A stretch of 64,000 nucleotides of DNA from Candidatus Ozemobacteraceae bacterium (GTDB lineage: Bacteria; Muiribacteriota; Ozemobacteria; Ozemobacterales; Ozemobacteraceae). The DNA is taken from assembly GCA_965140445.1 (NCBI GenBank), contig OZ223236.1:3456001-3520000 (forward strand), read 5' to 3'. Positions 36,827 to 47,763 of this stretch are shown piece by piece. The first letter of the stretch is position 1; the number at the start of each line of letters is the position of its first letter. A program made the translations under genes and the position numbers. Under the pieces are notes generated by a model. It did no database searches, was not told where the DNA came from, and worked only from the letters and a program-made list of their open reading frames with translations.

Positions 36827-39655
36827 TTATTTTGAGTCTGATTCGGGTTCGGATTTTGCTTCTTTTTTTACAATTATCAGTGAAAAATCCTCATCTAACT
36901 TCTCTTTAGATAAGTTGGTTATCGTTCCCATGATAGCCTTTCGCATTTCAACTGGAGGAAGATGCAGATATTGTCTACAGATTTCTGGAAATCCCCGACC
37001 TCCCAATGCATCTCGATTTTCATTACATAATTTAACGCAAATATCTGTATAAAAAATTAGACAGTCTCCATCAGAAAAATTAAATGTTTTACTGTTGAAT
37101 TTTTCAGGTTTCTCACTGTTCCCTAGAGAACGATTTTTCATTTCCGGTAATGGGGAGTATTTATCCTGTGAAAAGAATAATGGAACCAGATGCGCAGCAT
37201 TGCACAAGTCAAAATTACCTTTCTCCAGATCAATAGATACTGCACAAAGGGTCATGCATTTCTTTTGATGAAACTGCGAACAAAGCAATTCATCCAGGCA
37301 GGAAAAAGTAGTCGACATTGAAAAATCATCTTCCTGAATAGATTGGGCAACAATTGCCTTAGCCATTGCTGTAATTAAAGATGAGCTTAATCCGTGACCA
37401 TTTACTGTACCAATTAGAAAAATCCATTTTTGAGGATTAATCTCCTGAATATCACAATAGTCTCCACCCAAATCTGCAGCTGAAAAACTGCAGATATCTG
37501 CATTTAAACCATTTATATCGGGGGCTTTTTGTGGAATTATCTGAGCTTGTATCTTTTGGGCATCCAATACATCTGAAAGCACTTCCATGGTTTGATTAAA
37601 ATTCTCTGAGAGTTTTCCGAACTCGTCTTTTTGAGAAACCTCAATCTTATAAGAAACTTCTCTATTTCTAATGGCATTTATACCCAGCAATAACTGCGAA
37701 ATCGGACTGATTACAATTTCTTCAAGAAGTTTTACCAGAGTAATTGCGAGTAAAACAGTCAGTATTGCACCTAAGAATAAATCATTTATGATTCTGTCTA
37801 TTTTTTCTTTAATTACAGATTGCGGATATAGACTAACTATAATGTTGTCTGGCAGAAATTTGCCCGGTGCTCCTGCTGCAAGCCAACTTTGCCCCTGCCA
37901 AAAAATTTGTCCACCTTGAAGGCTGTTATTTCTGCGCACTTTGTTTATAAAGTTTTTTAAATCTCCGGTGGGAAATTTTTCTTCTGAGGCAATCAATGTT
38001 GAGTCTTCGATTGACCAGGCCAGTCGTCTTAAAACAACATTTCCTGCAGTTGACGGCTTGGGAAGATTTTTCTTGAGAAAGTTTTTCACCATATCCTTAA
38101 AAGCTACGTTAAACAAAATAAAAGCTGGAGTATGGTTCGGATCAGAGTAAGTATCCCAGAAAATAACCATATTTATCCCGCCAAGAAATATTTTATTAAG
38201 TTCGTCCGGACTTTCAAAAATATGTGCCCAACCACCAATAGAGCTTTCAAGAAATTCTTGTAAAACGACCTCTGACGCTGAAGGAATATTTTTTTGTTTT
38301 AGCGGAAGTCGTTCACTTATAAATCTTCTAATTCCCTTTTTGGCAAAAAGCTTATTGATTACTTCTGTTTTTTCAATTGCATTTTGATTTCTTGTGGAAA
38401 CAATTAAATCTCCATCCAGATTGCGGATTTCAGTAGAATTTACAAGTTCTTTTCTTTCCAGATCCGATAGAAAAGGGATAGCAGCAGCAGGATTTGTAAG
38501 AATTGTTTTATTTAACTTAAATCCTCTGAGGTAATTCAAAACGTTAAACTTTTCACCCTCAAAATCATTCTCAAGTTCACCTATACTATTTTGGCATGCC
38601 AGCAAAGCCTGCTGTTTAAGGTATTCGGTGTGCTCCAGAATAAATCTCCAGCCAAAATATCCAAATAAAGAAATCGGAAGAATAATAGCGTATAAGACTA
38701 ATATCAGAAGCTTATACTTCAAGGAAATTCCACTGATTTTTGAGTTAAAAGATCTGTTCCAACTAGAAAAAGACCAACATATGAACCAAAGAAAAACGAA
38801 AACCTTAAGATGTGTTCTGGAGAAACCGTTTTTCGACCCGGAATAAACCTTAGAAAAAACCAGATATCTATTTCCAAACTTTTTTCTAGAAGTTAAAACA
38901 CGGCTGTTATTTCCTTTGGAATTCTGCAATTCAGAACCATCAATGCTTTTCTGCTCAAAACCTGAATCTTCTATTGTAACTTTGAGATTTACTGACATTT
39001 CTTCGGGAATAAATTTTGACAAAATTCTGGGTCCTGGAATATCCCACGAAATAATAAATAAGCCATCTAAGGGGCCCTGTTGATCTGGCTTGTTATAAAA
39101 AAACAAACCATTCCCTTTTGGCCCGAAAAACTCTATGGCTCGTTTACTTTTCAATAATTTTTCAAATTTGGAAGTACCACCACCAAAGAGAGTCTGTGCA
39201 TCAATCTTGTGCTCAAAATCTTTTTTGGTTTTCCTGCCATGATTGAATAACCATACACTTTCTATTCTTTCACCCGTGTCTCCGAGCAAATAATCTGGAG
39301 TTATCAAAAGCCCGTCTTTAAACACATAAGGAACAAAATTTAACTCCTTGCCATGGAATTTTTCATACAACGTTTCTATTTCGAACTTATTGACTGTTTT
39401 CCAGTTTATGGACTTTGCAAATTTCTTAAATTCTTTATCAAAAAAGGCAGTCGGATCTATGAAGTTACAAATTTGCTCGGCTTTTTCATCAAGCAATTTA
39501 ATTGCTCTGTTAATTCTCAGCTCTTCATTTTGACTAATAATTGCATTTCCAAGAATCCATATTGAAATGCAGGGAAAAATAAAAAACAGAAACAAATGGC
39601 TTACAGAAATCAGGTATTTGTTTTTGAGGTTTTGGACTTCTTTTATCATATTCAT
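36827..39655 (-). CDS. Membrane HAMP + SpoIIE/PP2C-domain protein (degenerate catalytic motifs)
   Basis: KDEFGKLSENFNQ; LGGDYCD; GTVNGHG; YTDIC; DEDF. Confidence 0.85.
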   Translation of the reverse strand: MNMIKEVQNLKNKYLISVSHLFLFFIFPCISIWILGNAIISQNEELRINRAIKLLDEKAEQICNFIDPTAFFDKEFKKFAKSINWKTVNKFEIETLYEKFHGKELNFVPYVFKDGLLITPDYLLGDTGERIESVWLFNHGRKTKKDFEHKIDAQTLFGGGTSKFEKLLKSKRAIEFFGPKGNGLFFYNKPDQQGPLDGLFIISWDIPGPRILSKFIPEEMSVNLKVTIEDSGFEQKSIDGSELQNSKGNNSRVLTSRKKFGNRYLVFSKVYSGSKNGFSRTHLKVFVFLWFICWSFSSWNRSFNSKISGISLKYKLLILVLYAIILPISLFGYFGWRFILEHTEYLKQQALLACQNSIGELENDFEGEKFNVLNYLRGFKLNKTILTNPAAAIPFLSDLERKELVNSTEIRNLDGDLIVSTRNQNAIEKTEVINKLFAKKGIRRFISERLPLKQKNIPSASEVVLQEFLESSIGGWAHIFESPDELNKIFLGGINMVIFWDTYSDPNHTPAFILFNVAFKDMVKNFLKKNLPKPSTAGNVVLRRLAWSIEDSTLIASEEKFPTGDLKNFINKVRRNNSLQGGQIFWQGQSWLAAGAPGKFLPDNIIVSLYPQSVIKEKIDRIINDLFLGAILTVLLAITLVKLLEEIVISPISQLLLGINAIRNREVSYKIEVSQKDEFGKLSENFNQTMEVLSDVLDAQKIQAQIIPQKAPDINGLNADICSFSAADLGGDYCDIQEINPQKWIFLIGTVNGHGLSSSLITAMAKAIVAQSIQEDDFSMSTTFSCLDELLCSQFHQKKCMTLCAVSIDLEKGNFDLCNAAHLVPLFFSQDKYSPLPEMKNRSLGNSEKPEKFNSKTFNFSDGDCLIFYTDICVKLCNENRDALGGRGFPEICRQYLHLPPVEMRKAIMGTITNLSKEKLDEDFSLIIVKKEAKSEPESDSK

Positions 39656-42480
39656 TCCGAAGCCTCTGGGTTAATACTTTTAACTGCCAGCATCGTTAAA
39701 TCATCTTCTTGCGGTTCCCCTTCAAGAAACTGTTTCCATAAAAATTGAATATAAGAAATCAGTTCATCTGGACTTAATTTGTTCTTATTTTCCAATTCAC
39801 GATATACCCTATCGTGCCCAAACATTTCTTCTCTTGGGGATTGCCCTTCAATCAAAGCATCTGTGTAGCAAAACAATGTTTCGCCATGTGAAAGATCTAT
39901 TTCTATAAGCTCTCTAACGCGCTTGGATTCTTTTACCCCAAGTGGCATGCCTTGAACTTTAAGTTCTTCAACCTGCCCGTTTTTATGGATAACCAGCGGC
40001 CAGTTGTGACCGGCATTCATTATTTGAATGGATTTTTTTATGGGATCAAGTAACAGGAAAAGCATGGTCATCATTTTTTTTCTTTTCAAAGTTTTTAGAA
40101 GCATTTTTGATAAAGAAGAAGCCAGATTTGAAAATGGAATTTTATCTCTGCAGCCTTTAAAAATTGCGGCTTTTACCATAGCCATAGCTAGCGCGGCGGG
40201 AGTCCCGTGCCCACTTACATCACCGATCACAAGTAACCACTTACCTTCTGAATAGGGTAAAATATCGCAATAATCACCGCCCAGGTCGCTTGCTGTTTCA
40301 TTAAAAATAGCAGTATCAAAACCTTTGATATGAATTTTCTTTTGCGGAAATAAAGAATCCTGAACAACCTTTGCTAATCTCATTTCGCTCAAATCATCTA
40401 CCATTTGGTTAAAAGCTTTTCCAAGTTCCCCAAATTCATCATGAGAAATCAGACTGACTTTTGCATCAGGAGAGCCAGACTGAAGCTTTTTCATTCCCTG
40501 GTCAAATTCTTCAATTGGCTTCAGGAAAGTCTTGGCCAATAGCTGAGCAATAGCAAATGAAACTATGAGTATCAATAATATACCCGCAACTAAAGAAAGC
40601 TTTAATTTGAAGAGATTCGAAGCAATAGGAGCAAAATCTACCAACCGAACCAAACAAAACGGTTTTAGAATTCTTCCCGGATAAACTATAGCAATAAAAG
40701 AGTTTTCTCCGATTTGTAATCGTCTGGATATGGCATTACCTGTAATTTTAGCCTCGTCAACCATTTCATTTAGTTCATTATTGCCCTTATATCCATTATC
40801 CAACCACAGTTTTAGATTACAATCATAAGCACCGAATACAAAATTTATCGATGATAATTTTTTTAAAGTCCGTTTTACAAAGTTTTTAAGTGCGGTTTCT
40901 CTAGGCAGAAAAAATGACAAAATTGCTGCAGGATGATCTGGTTTCCTTATATAAGACCAATACTGGTAAAGCTCTTTTTGATCCAGATCAATAATATGAA
41001 TCTTGTCTGGAGCCGCTGAAATTTGAGCAAAACCAAAATCTGCGCTTGTAAACATGTTGGTAAAAACCTGGTCTGGGGGCTTATTTAGAACAACTTTTTC
41101 GTTTTCAAGCCTTTCTTTTAGTTGCTCTCTAATTAGATGCCTTGAAAAAGCGTCGATTGTTTTTTCCAAGCCTTCAATTGTGCTTCCAAAGTTTTTTATT
41201 AAAAGCGCATTCCCATTAAGGCCCCTCATTTCTGCTCTTACAGCTTTTCGAGAATCGACTAATTTTTTAAACTCTTTTTCAATTTCCGAAAGGGAGTAAT
41301 TTTCCAAAACTTGTTTAGCTATTTTTTGACAACTTTTTTCAAAAAGGAATTTTTCGTTGACGAATTCATCTTCAATGGAAGATAAAAGCTTTATTTGTTC
41401 TTTTTTTACATCAGCGAAAAGAACTTTTTCGTGATCTGATATAGCCATAATTCCACTTAATACTAATGCAGAAACCGGCAATGCAACTGCGACTAAAAAG
41501 ACAGCTGAAAATTTTGTGCTAATTCGAAGGTAATACTTTTCAAAGGAAAAGTTGGGATTCAAAAGCAAAGATAGCAATATTGCAAAAAGGATTAAAAAAC
41601 ATAGATTGATCATTCCTCTTGTGCTTTGAAAACCAGATGAAAAAATCGGAACCGAGCCAATAAAAACACCAAAACTAGTCTTTAAAATCGCCCATCGTCT
41701 GTAACCGAATGATATGAACCCATCTGTATTAAGCTCAAGCATTTTTCTTGCAATTCGTGCATAAGTTTCGTCATTCTGAGAAAAGCTTGCTTCCTTAAAT
41801 TCGTGATCCCAATAGGTTAAGCGAAAGTCCTCAACACCCGGCTTCTTTAAAAATTCCTTTAAAATTTTTCCTGGGGTTTCAAGCGGCATTGCCACACAGA
41901 TAACCCCAGATTTATCTTTTGATGAAAACCTCTTCCAAAAAATATACCCAGATTTTCTTTTCCTCTTAATTGGAATAAGTTGCCCTTCAAGATTTTTCAA
42001 TTTTCCTGGTCTGGAGCCCGCTCCCAGAATTATAAGCAAACGTTTTTCCTGCTTTTCTTCATCTTCACCAGGTTTATAGTTTTTTGTCTGAGCAAGAATG
42101 TCCCAAAGTTTGGCCAACACAAAACCGTTTTTTTGTGGAAGCCCTTTGCCCTTAACAAGCTTTCCTTTTTCATTAAAAAGATAAGTTAAAAATTTAACTG
42201 ATGATTTATCTTAAAAGTTGCTTATCAAAGCTTTGGTGGTTTCCAATTTACCTTTGCTTAAATGAAAGGCAACCTTTTCAAAAAGATTAAAGTAAAACCC
42301 TTCCTGACTGGATAATTCTGCAACGGAAAGCATTTTTCTTCTAAGCTTTCTCTGGGAAGCAAAATTTTGATTACTTTCAGTAAAATCCAATAATTGGTTT
42401 AAAAGCAAATAAACCGCAATTAAAGGAACAAAAGCAAGCACAACAAGAAAAATAGATTTCTTAAAAAATGACAATTGCAA
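39652..42480 (-). pseudogene. Membrane HAMP + SpoIIE/PP2C phosphatase interrupted by in-frame TAA at 42211-42213
   Basis: ORFs 42211..42480 and 39652..42120 are in the same frame with 30 open codons between; GGDYCD, GDVSGHG, YTDAL, EDDLT intact. Confidence 0.75.
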
Positions 42481-42716
42481 TAAAACCTCTCATTAACTCA
42501 TCAAATCATAATAAGAATTTAATGTTTAGTAAAGAGCCACTAATTGCCATTAAGCCCTCAATGTATCGCTATTCATTTATTATGCAACCTTAAGACTTTT
42601 TTAAATCAGGATTTAGTTTGTGGCTGGAATATTCCTTCACTAAAAACAATTAAAATGATAGAATCCAATTCCCCAGCGGAGGAGTTTTCGCCGTATATTT
42701 TGGGAAGGGAGTCATT

Positions 42717-44654
42717 ATGAATTACAAAATTTTACTTATAAACCCTGATCACAAAGCATTAAGTAAAGAGTCAAAGGCTCTCTCAGCTAGAAGTTTCAAG
42801 GTGATAACCGCCTCTGACGTAGAATCGGCAAGTGACTTCCTTCGCGATGATGGTCTTATTCACGTTATTCTAACCGAATGGGAAGTGCCTGTTGCAGCTG
42901 ATAGCAAGATCAGTCTAAAAGGCCCCGAGTTGTTTTCCGAACTTTTGATGATCAGGGATGAAGTTAATGTTTTCTTATTTACGGATAGCCCTGAAATACA
43001 GCATTTTTCTTCAGGCGGAAATTTAAATGGTTACTTTTTTAAGGGCGACCATGATTATGATGATATCGCCAGGAAAATCAAGGCTGAGGTAGTTAATAGC
43101 AAAAATCGAGCCCCGTTTTTTGATAAACTCATGGAATATGCTTTGAAATCAAAAGATAGCTGGCACACCCCTGGTCACGCTTCGGGCTATTCAGTGAAAA
43201 ATTCTGTCTGGGTTAAGGATTTTTATGATTTTTTCGGTCCAAATTTATTCAGATCGGATGTTTCCGTTTCTGTTCCAGGACTGGATTCATTGCTTCATCC
43301 CACCGGAGTTATTCAGGAGGCGCAGGAACTCGCCGCAAGAGCATTTAGTGCAAGATATACATTTTTCTCAACCAATGGCACCAGCACATCAAACAAAATT
43401 TTGCTCCAAACTTTGTTAAAACCGGGCGATGCTATTTTACTTGATAGAAATTGCCATAAATCCGTACACTACGGAACCATAATCGCTGGAGCCGAGCCAA
43501 TTTTCCTGCTTCCATCAGTAAATGATGAATTTGGAATTTTTGGACCTGTCCCAAAGAAACGAATTTATGAAACAATGGACAAAGCCATTGCTGCCGGGAA
43601 AAAGGTTAAGGCCATAATTTTAACAAACTGCACCTATGATGGATTAATCTATGACATCGCGGACGTGGTTAAGCAAGCCCATAAAAGAAATATCAAAGTA
43701 ATAGTCGACGAAGCCTGGTTTGGATATGCAAGATTTCATCCTGAATTCTATCCATGCGCAATGGAAGCTGGCGCCGATTACTCGACACAATCTACCCATA
43801 AAACCATGAGCGCATTCAGTCAGGCTTCAATGATCCATGTAAATGATCCGGATTTTGAAGAATTTCGTGATTTCTTTATTGAAAATCTCAATATTCATTC
43901 CAGCACTTCTCCGCAATATCCTATGATAGCATCACTGGATGTAGCTCGCAGACAGATGTCTATGGAAGGTTATTCACTGTTATCCAGAAGCTTAAAACTT
44001 TCTGAAACTTTAAAGAAGAGCATAAACAGCCTTGCCAAATTCAGAGTTCTTGAGTTGGAAGATTTAATTTCAGAAGAAGTTAAAGGCGACAAGATTCGTC
44101 TGGACCCGACAAAATTAACCATAGATTGTTCAAAAACAGGTTTAACAAGCAAAGAAGTAGAACACCATCTTCTTGAAAAACATAATATTCAGATTGAAAA
44201 AACCACTTTTAATACTATTACTGTTTTAATAACTATTGGAGCAACCCAATCAAAGCTGAATAGACTATTTCTTGCTCTTGAAAACATCGAAAAAATGAGT
44301 GGAACCAGAAGAGCAAAATCGGGGGGAACACCAAAAAAACATCGTTTGAGTCTTTCTCCGATGAGGTTTATGCCCAGGTTTGCCTTTTATTGTGATGGGG
44401 AAAAAGTTCCTTTAAGAGAATCTACAGGCAAAATTGCAGCCGCAATGATAACGCCATACCCTCCAGGAATCCCACTGCTGGTTCCAGGGCAGCTCATTAG
44501 CGAAGAAATTGTTGAAATATTGATGGATTACCGGGATTATCAAGTAGAGATTCACGGATTGCATGGAGGTCAAATTAAGGTTCTAACCCCGGAAGAGGTA
44601 GCAGAACTTACAGAAGCCGGCCATGGAATTGAGGATTTAAGCGAGATAAAATAA
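42717..44654 (+). CDS. Orn/Lys/Arg decarboxylase (fold type I) with N-terminal receiver-like domain
   Basis: WHTPGH; NGTSTSNK; DRNCHKS; DEAW; STHK; PYPPGIP. Confidence 0.9.
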   Translation: MNYKILLINPDHKALSKESKALSARSFKVITASDVESASDFLRDDGLIHVILTEWEVPVAADSKISLKGPELFSELLMIRDEVNVFLFTDSPEIQHFSSGGNLNGYFFKGDHDYDDIARKIKAEVVNSKNRAPFFDKLMEYALKSKDSWHTPGHASGYSVKNSVWVKDFYDFFGPNLFRSDVSVSVPGLDSLLHPTGVIQEAQELAARAFSARYTFFSTNGTSTSNKILLQTLLKPGDAILLDRNCHKSVHYGTIIAGAEPIFLLPSVNDEFGIFGPVPKKRIYETMDKAIAAGKKVKAIILTNCTYDGLIYDIADVVKQAHKRNIKVIVDEAWFGYARFHPEFYPCAMEAGADYSTQSTHKTMSAFSQASMIHVNDPDFEEFRDFFIENLNIHSSTSPQYPMIASLDVARRQMSMEGYSLLSRSLKLSETLKKSINSLAKFRVLELEDLISEEVKGDKIRLDPTKLTIDCSKTGLTSKEVEHHLLEKHNIQIEKTTFNTITVLITIGATQSKLNRLFLALENIEKMSGTRRAKSGGTPKKHRLSLSPMRFMPRFAFYCDGEKVPLRESTGKIAAAMITPYPPGIPLLVPGQLISEEIVEILMDYRDYQVEIHGLHGGQIKVLTPEEVAELTEAGHGIEDLSEIK

Positions 44655-46256
44655 ATGGAATCAAATGGATTCATATGTTTGGTTCCTGCCTTTGTAACCA
44701 TTCTTATAGCCATAACTACTCACCGGGTAGCCACAGCTGTTTTTTTCGGGATTGTAAGTGCAGCATTTGTAAAAGTTGGTGGATTTTCTTCCTCTGCTGT
44801 TGAGCTAATATTTGAATACCTGAAGCTTTCATTTACAAATATTGAGAGACTAAAAATCTGTGCTTTCCTTATTTTTGTTGGCTTTACCATTGATTTAATT
44901 GATGTTTCCGGTGGATATAAAGCCTTTTCGAAATGGATATCAAGGTATTTAACCTCAGCTCGTAAAACCAGAGTTACTACTTTTCTTTTAAGTCTATGTT
45001 TCTTTGTTGACGACTATGCAAATGTTCTTGTTTGTGGTGCTTCAATGAGAGGAATGGCTAAACCGCATAATATTTCTCCGGCATTGCTTGCATATTTAGT
45101 GGATAGAACCGCAACTGTCGCTTCAATTATTGTGATTTCAACCTGGGCAGCTTTTGAAAGTTCAATAATGATCGGTGCAGCTGAAAATGTAAATTTGAGC
45201 AAAAATGCGTCAGAATTTTTTTTCGCCACACTTCCTTTTCATATTTCCACTTATCTAGGTCTGTTGCTTGTAATTTATACAGCCTGGCAGGGGAAATGGT
45301 TTGGAGCTTACTTTGACAAAGGAGAGGGTTTCGATTCATTATCCAAAAATTCAGTAAACAAAGATTCGGCAAACAAAGAGTCTAAAACTGATAAAGTTGC
45401 TACAATAAAAACACCAACAACCGAGAAAGATAAACACGCTGGATCAGTCGCGAACCTGATTACCCCAATTTTAGTTCTTGTAACAACTGGCAGCCTGCTA
45501 TTTTGCTATTTTTCAATTTCGACATACTTTAAAGCAGCAATAAAACCAACGCTATTAAATGTGTTGGGTGAATTACCTACCGTTAAAATCCTTATTTTTT
45601 CAAGCATTATGGGTTGGTTATCTTCATTATTTTTGATCAAAAAGGCTGATAAACTGCCAATTTCAAAAGTTTTAATGGCACACAAATCTGGCTTCTTAAA
45701 AATGGTATCACCTGCAATGGTTATAATCCTTGCAAAAGGTCTATCAGTGGCAAGCTCTCAAATAGGCGTAGGAAACTTTATCTCGGTGGGAATTGGTAAA
45801 TATCTTATTGTAGAACTCATACCCGCCGCTGTCTTTTTAATTTCTTTGCTAATAACTGTTGCAACAGGTTTTAGCTGGAGTTCTATGGTTATTGTTATGC
45901 CAATTGCATTTGAACTTGGTGTCTCAAATGTATTTCCCGGAAAGCTTCCAATCGTTGCAGGAGCTGTTATTTCAGGTGCAATTAGCGGTGCTCTAATGGT
46001 TCCATACTCTGACAAAACGGTTTTAACTGCCGCCGCTTTTAACATTTCACCAATGTATCATGCTAAAACTCAATTCATTCAAGCCATTATAACTACAGTT
46101 GCCACAATGCTTTTCTATCTCTTTTACGGATATGGAAAAGGATATAACCTATCGCTTTTTGCCGGAATAATTTTCATTACTCTTCTTCAATTGGCTTTTG
46201 CCAAAAAAGATAAGCTTGTTGTTTATGATGGGAATCAAAAACAAAATTGGCGCTGA
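44655..46256 (+). CDS. NhaC-family transporter
   Basis: FFVDDYAN; LAYLVDRTA; TGFSWSS. Confidence 0.8.
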   Translation: MESNGFICLVPAFVTILIAITTHRVATAVFFGIVSAAFVKVGGFSSSAVELIFEYLKLSFTNIERLKICAFLIFVGFTIDLIDVSGGYKAFSKWISRYLTSARKTRVTTFLLSLCFFVDDYANVLVCGASMRGMAKPHNISPALLAYLVDRTATVASIIVISTWAAFESSIMIGAAENVNLSKNASEFFFATLPFHISTYLGLLLVIYTAWQGKWFGAYFDKGEGFDSLSKNSVNKDSANKESKTDKVATIKTPTTEKDKHAGSVANLITPILVLVTTGSLLFCYFSISTYFKAAIKPTLLNVLGELPTVKILIFSSIMGWLSSLFLIKKADKLPISKVLMAHKSGFLKMVSPAMVIILAKGLSVASSQIGVGNFISVGIGKYLIVELIPAAVFLISLLITVATGFSWSSMVIVMPIAFELGVSNVFPGKLPIVAGAVISGAISGALMVPYSDKTVLTAAAFNISPMYHAKTQFIQAIITTVATMLFYLFYGYGKGYNLSLFAGIIFITLLQLAFAKKDKLVVYDGNQKQNWR

Positions 46257-46304
46257 ATCATTTCTATTTAAACGCCAACTAATGTTTCCGAATTTGAGAA
46301 AAGC

Positions 46305-47627
46305 TTAACTTTTCGGCTCTGTGGTTAATTCACTTTGATCATCTTTTTTCCCGAAATGATCAATAACAACAGCGGCAGTACAATCTCCCCACACGTTTAC
46401 TGTGGTTCTAAATTGATCCAGAATTCGATCAATAGCCAGGATTAGTCCAATCCCATCGAGAGGCAATCCTACAGCGGCCAAAACAATGCCCATAGTTACC
46501 AGACCCGCTCCTGGAATAGCGGCTGCACCAATTCCGGCTAATGTTGCGGTAAAAAATATAATAACCTGAGATCCAAGAGTTAAATTAAAGCCCAGAATTT
46601 CTGCGATAAAAATAACTGCAACAGACTCATAAAGAGCCGTTCCATCCATGTTAATTGTTGCCCCAAGTGGTAAAACAAAATCTCTGGTTTTTTTCTGGAC
46701 TCCACTTTTTTCGAGACAATTCATGGTCATGGGAAGGGTTGCTGCGGATGATGCAGTCGACCAGGCAGTTAGCAATGCTGGCAAAACTTCCTTCATCAGT
46801 CTGAAAGGATTCTGCTTTGCAATAATCAGAACCAGTAAAGGAAGAACAACCATAGAATGAATTAATAGCCCAAGAACCACAGTAAATGCGTATTTCCCGA
46901 GAGCAAGAAGTGCTGCAACGCCTAATTCAGTAAAAATCTTTGCAACAAGGAAAAAAATGAAATAGGGTGACACTTCCATAACTATTGATACAGCTTTTTG
47001 CATCATAAGATCTATGTCGCCTATAAAGTCATTTATTACCGCAATACCTTCCTCTTTTTTAAATGTCGTTCCGACAATGGCAAGGAAAAGACTGAAAAAG
47101 ATAATCTGCAATATGTCTCCCCGGGCAAGCGAATCAAAGAAATTTTTCGGAATCATCTCAATCAAAGTATCAAGAATAATAAGGGTTGCGCTCTTTGTCC
47201 CAACTTGTTGAGCAGAAACTTTATCTGGTACTTGAAGAGAAATTCCAGCGTTTTTTAGTGTTTCCGGGAGCATCCCCTTACCGGGATGTGTCAGGTTAAC
47301 CAGAAAAATACCAAGCAAGACAGCCAGGCCAGTAGTTAACAAATAGTAACTTATGGTTCTGACCCCAACACGACCCAACTCTTTCAGGTCTCCAAGGTTT
47401 ATTACCGCCATATAAATTGAAGCAAAAACCAAAGGAGCAATAAGCATCCTTAAGAGCCTCACAAAGATATCGCCACCATATTTGAAAAAAGTAAGTAATC
47501 CTAATAAAACGCCTTTATCAAGCGAATCTGAGAAAAACTTATTTAATACAATTCCTAAAATGGCACCTGCAATAATGCCTAAAAGAATTTTCCATTGTAG
47601 ATCAAGATTTTTCCATTTCTGTAACAT
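46305..47627 (-). CDS. Dicarboxylate/amino acid:cation symporter (DAACS, GltP-like)
   Basis: TASSAATLP; GATINMDGT; DRILDQFRTTVNVWGD. Confidence 0.93.
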   Translation of the reverse strand: MLQKWKNLDLQWKILLGIIAGAILGIVLNKFFSDSLDKGVLLGLLTFFKYGGDIFVRLLRMLIAPLVFASIYMAVINLGDLKELGRVGVRTISYYLLTTGLAVLLGIFLVNLTHPGKGMLPETLKNAGISLQVPDKVSAQQVGTKSATLIILDTLIEMIPKNFFDSLARGDILQIIFFSLFLAIVGTTFKKEEGIAVINDFIGDIDLMMQKAVSIVMEVSPYFIFFLVAKIFTELGVAALLALGKYAFTVVLGLLIHSMVVLPLLVLIIAKQNPFRLMKEVLPALLTAWSTASSAATLPMTMNCLEKSGVQKKTRDFVLPLGATINMDGTALYESVAVIFIAEILGFNLTLGSQVIIFFTATLAGIGAAAIPGAGLVTMGIVLAAVGLPLDGIGLILAIDRILDQFRTTVNVWGDCTAAVVIDHFGKKDDQSELTTEPKS

Positions 47628-47763
47628 AATGCTATTTCTCCATTCAGTTGGGTAGAAACTATATTAAAATAACAAAAAACTCAACCGCAATGGCCTCCTT
47701 ATTACAAAATTCTCTTTTTTCTGATAGTATCAGAAGTGAATAGATAAAGAATCGGGTTAGACG

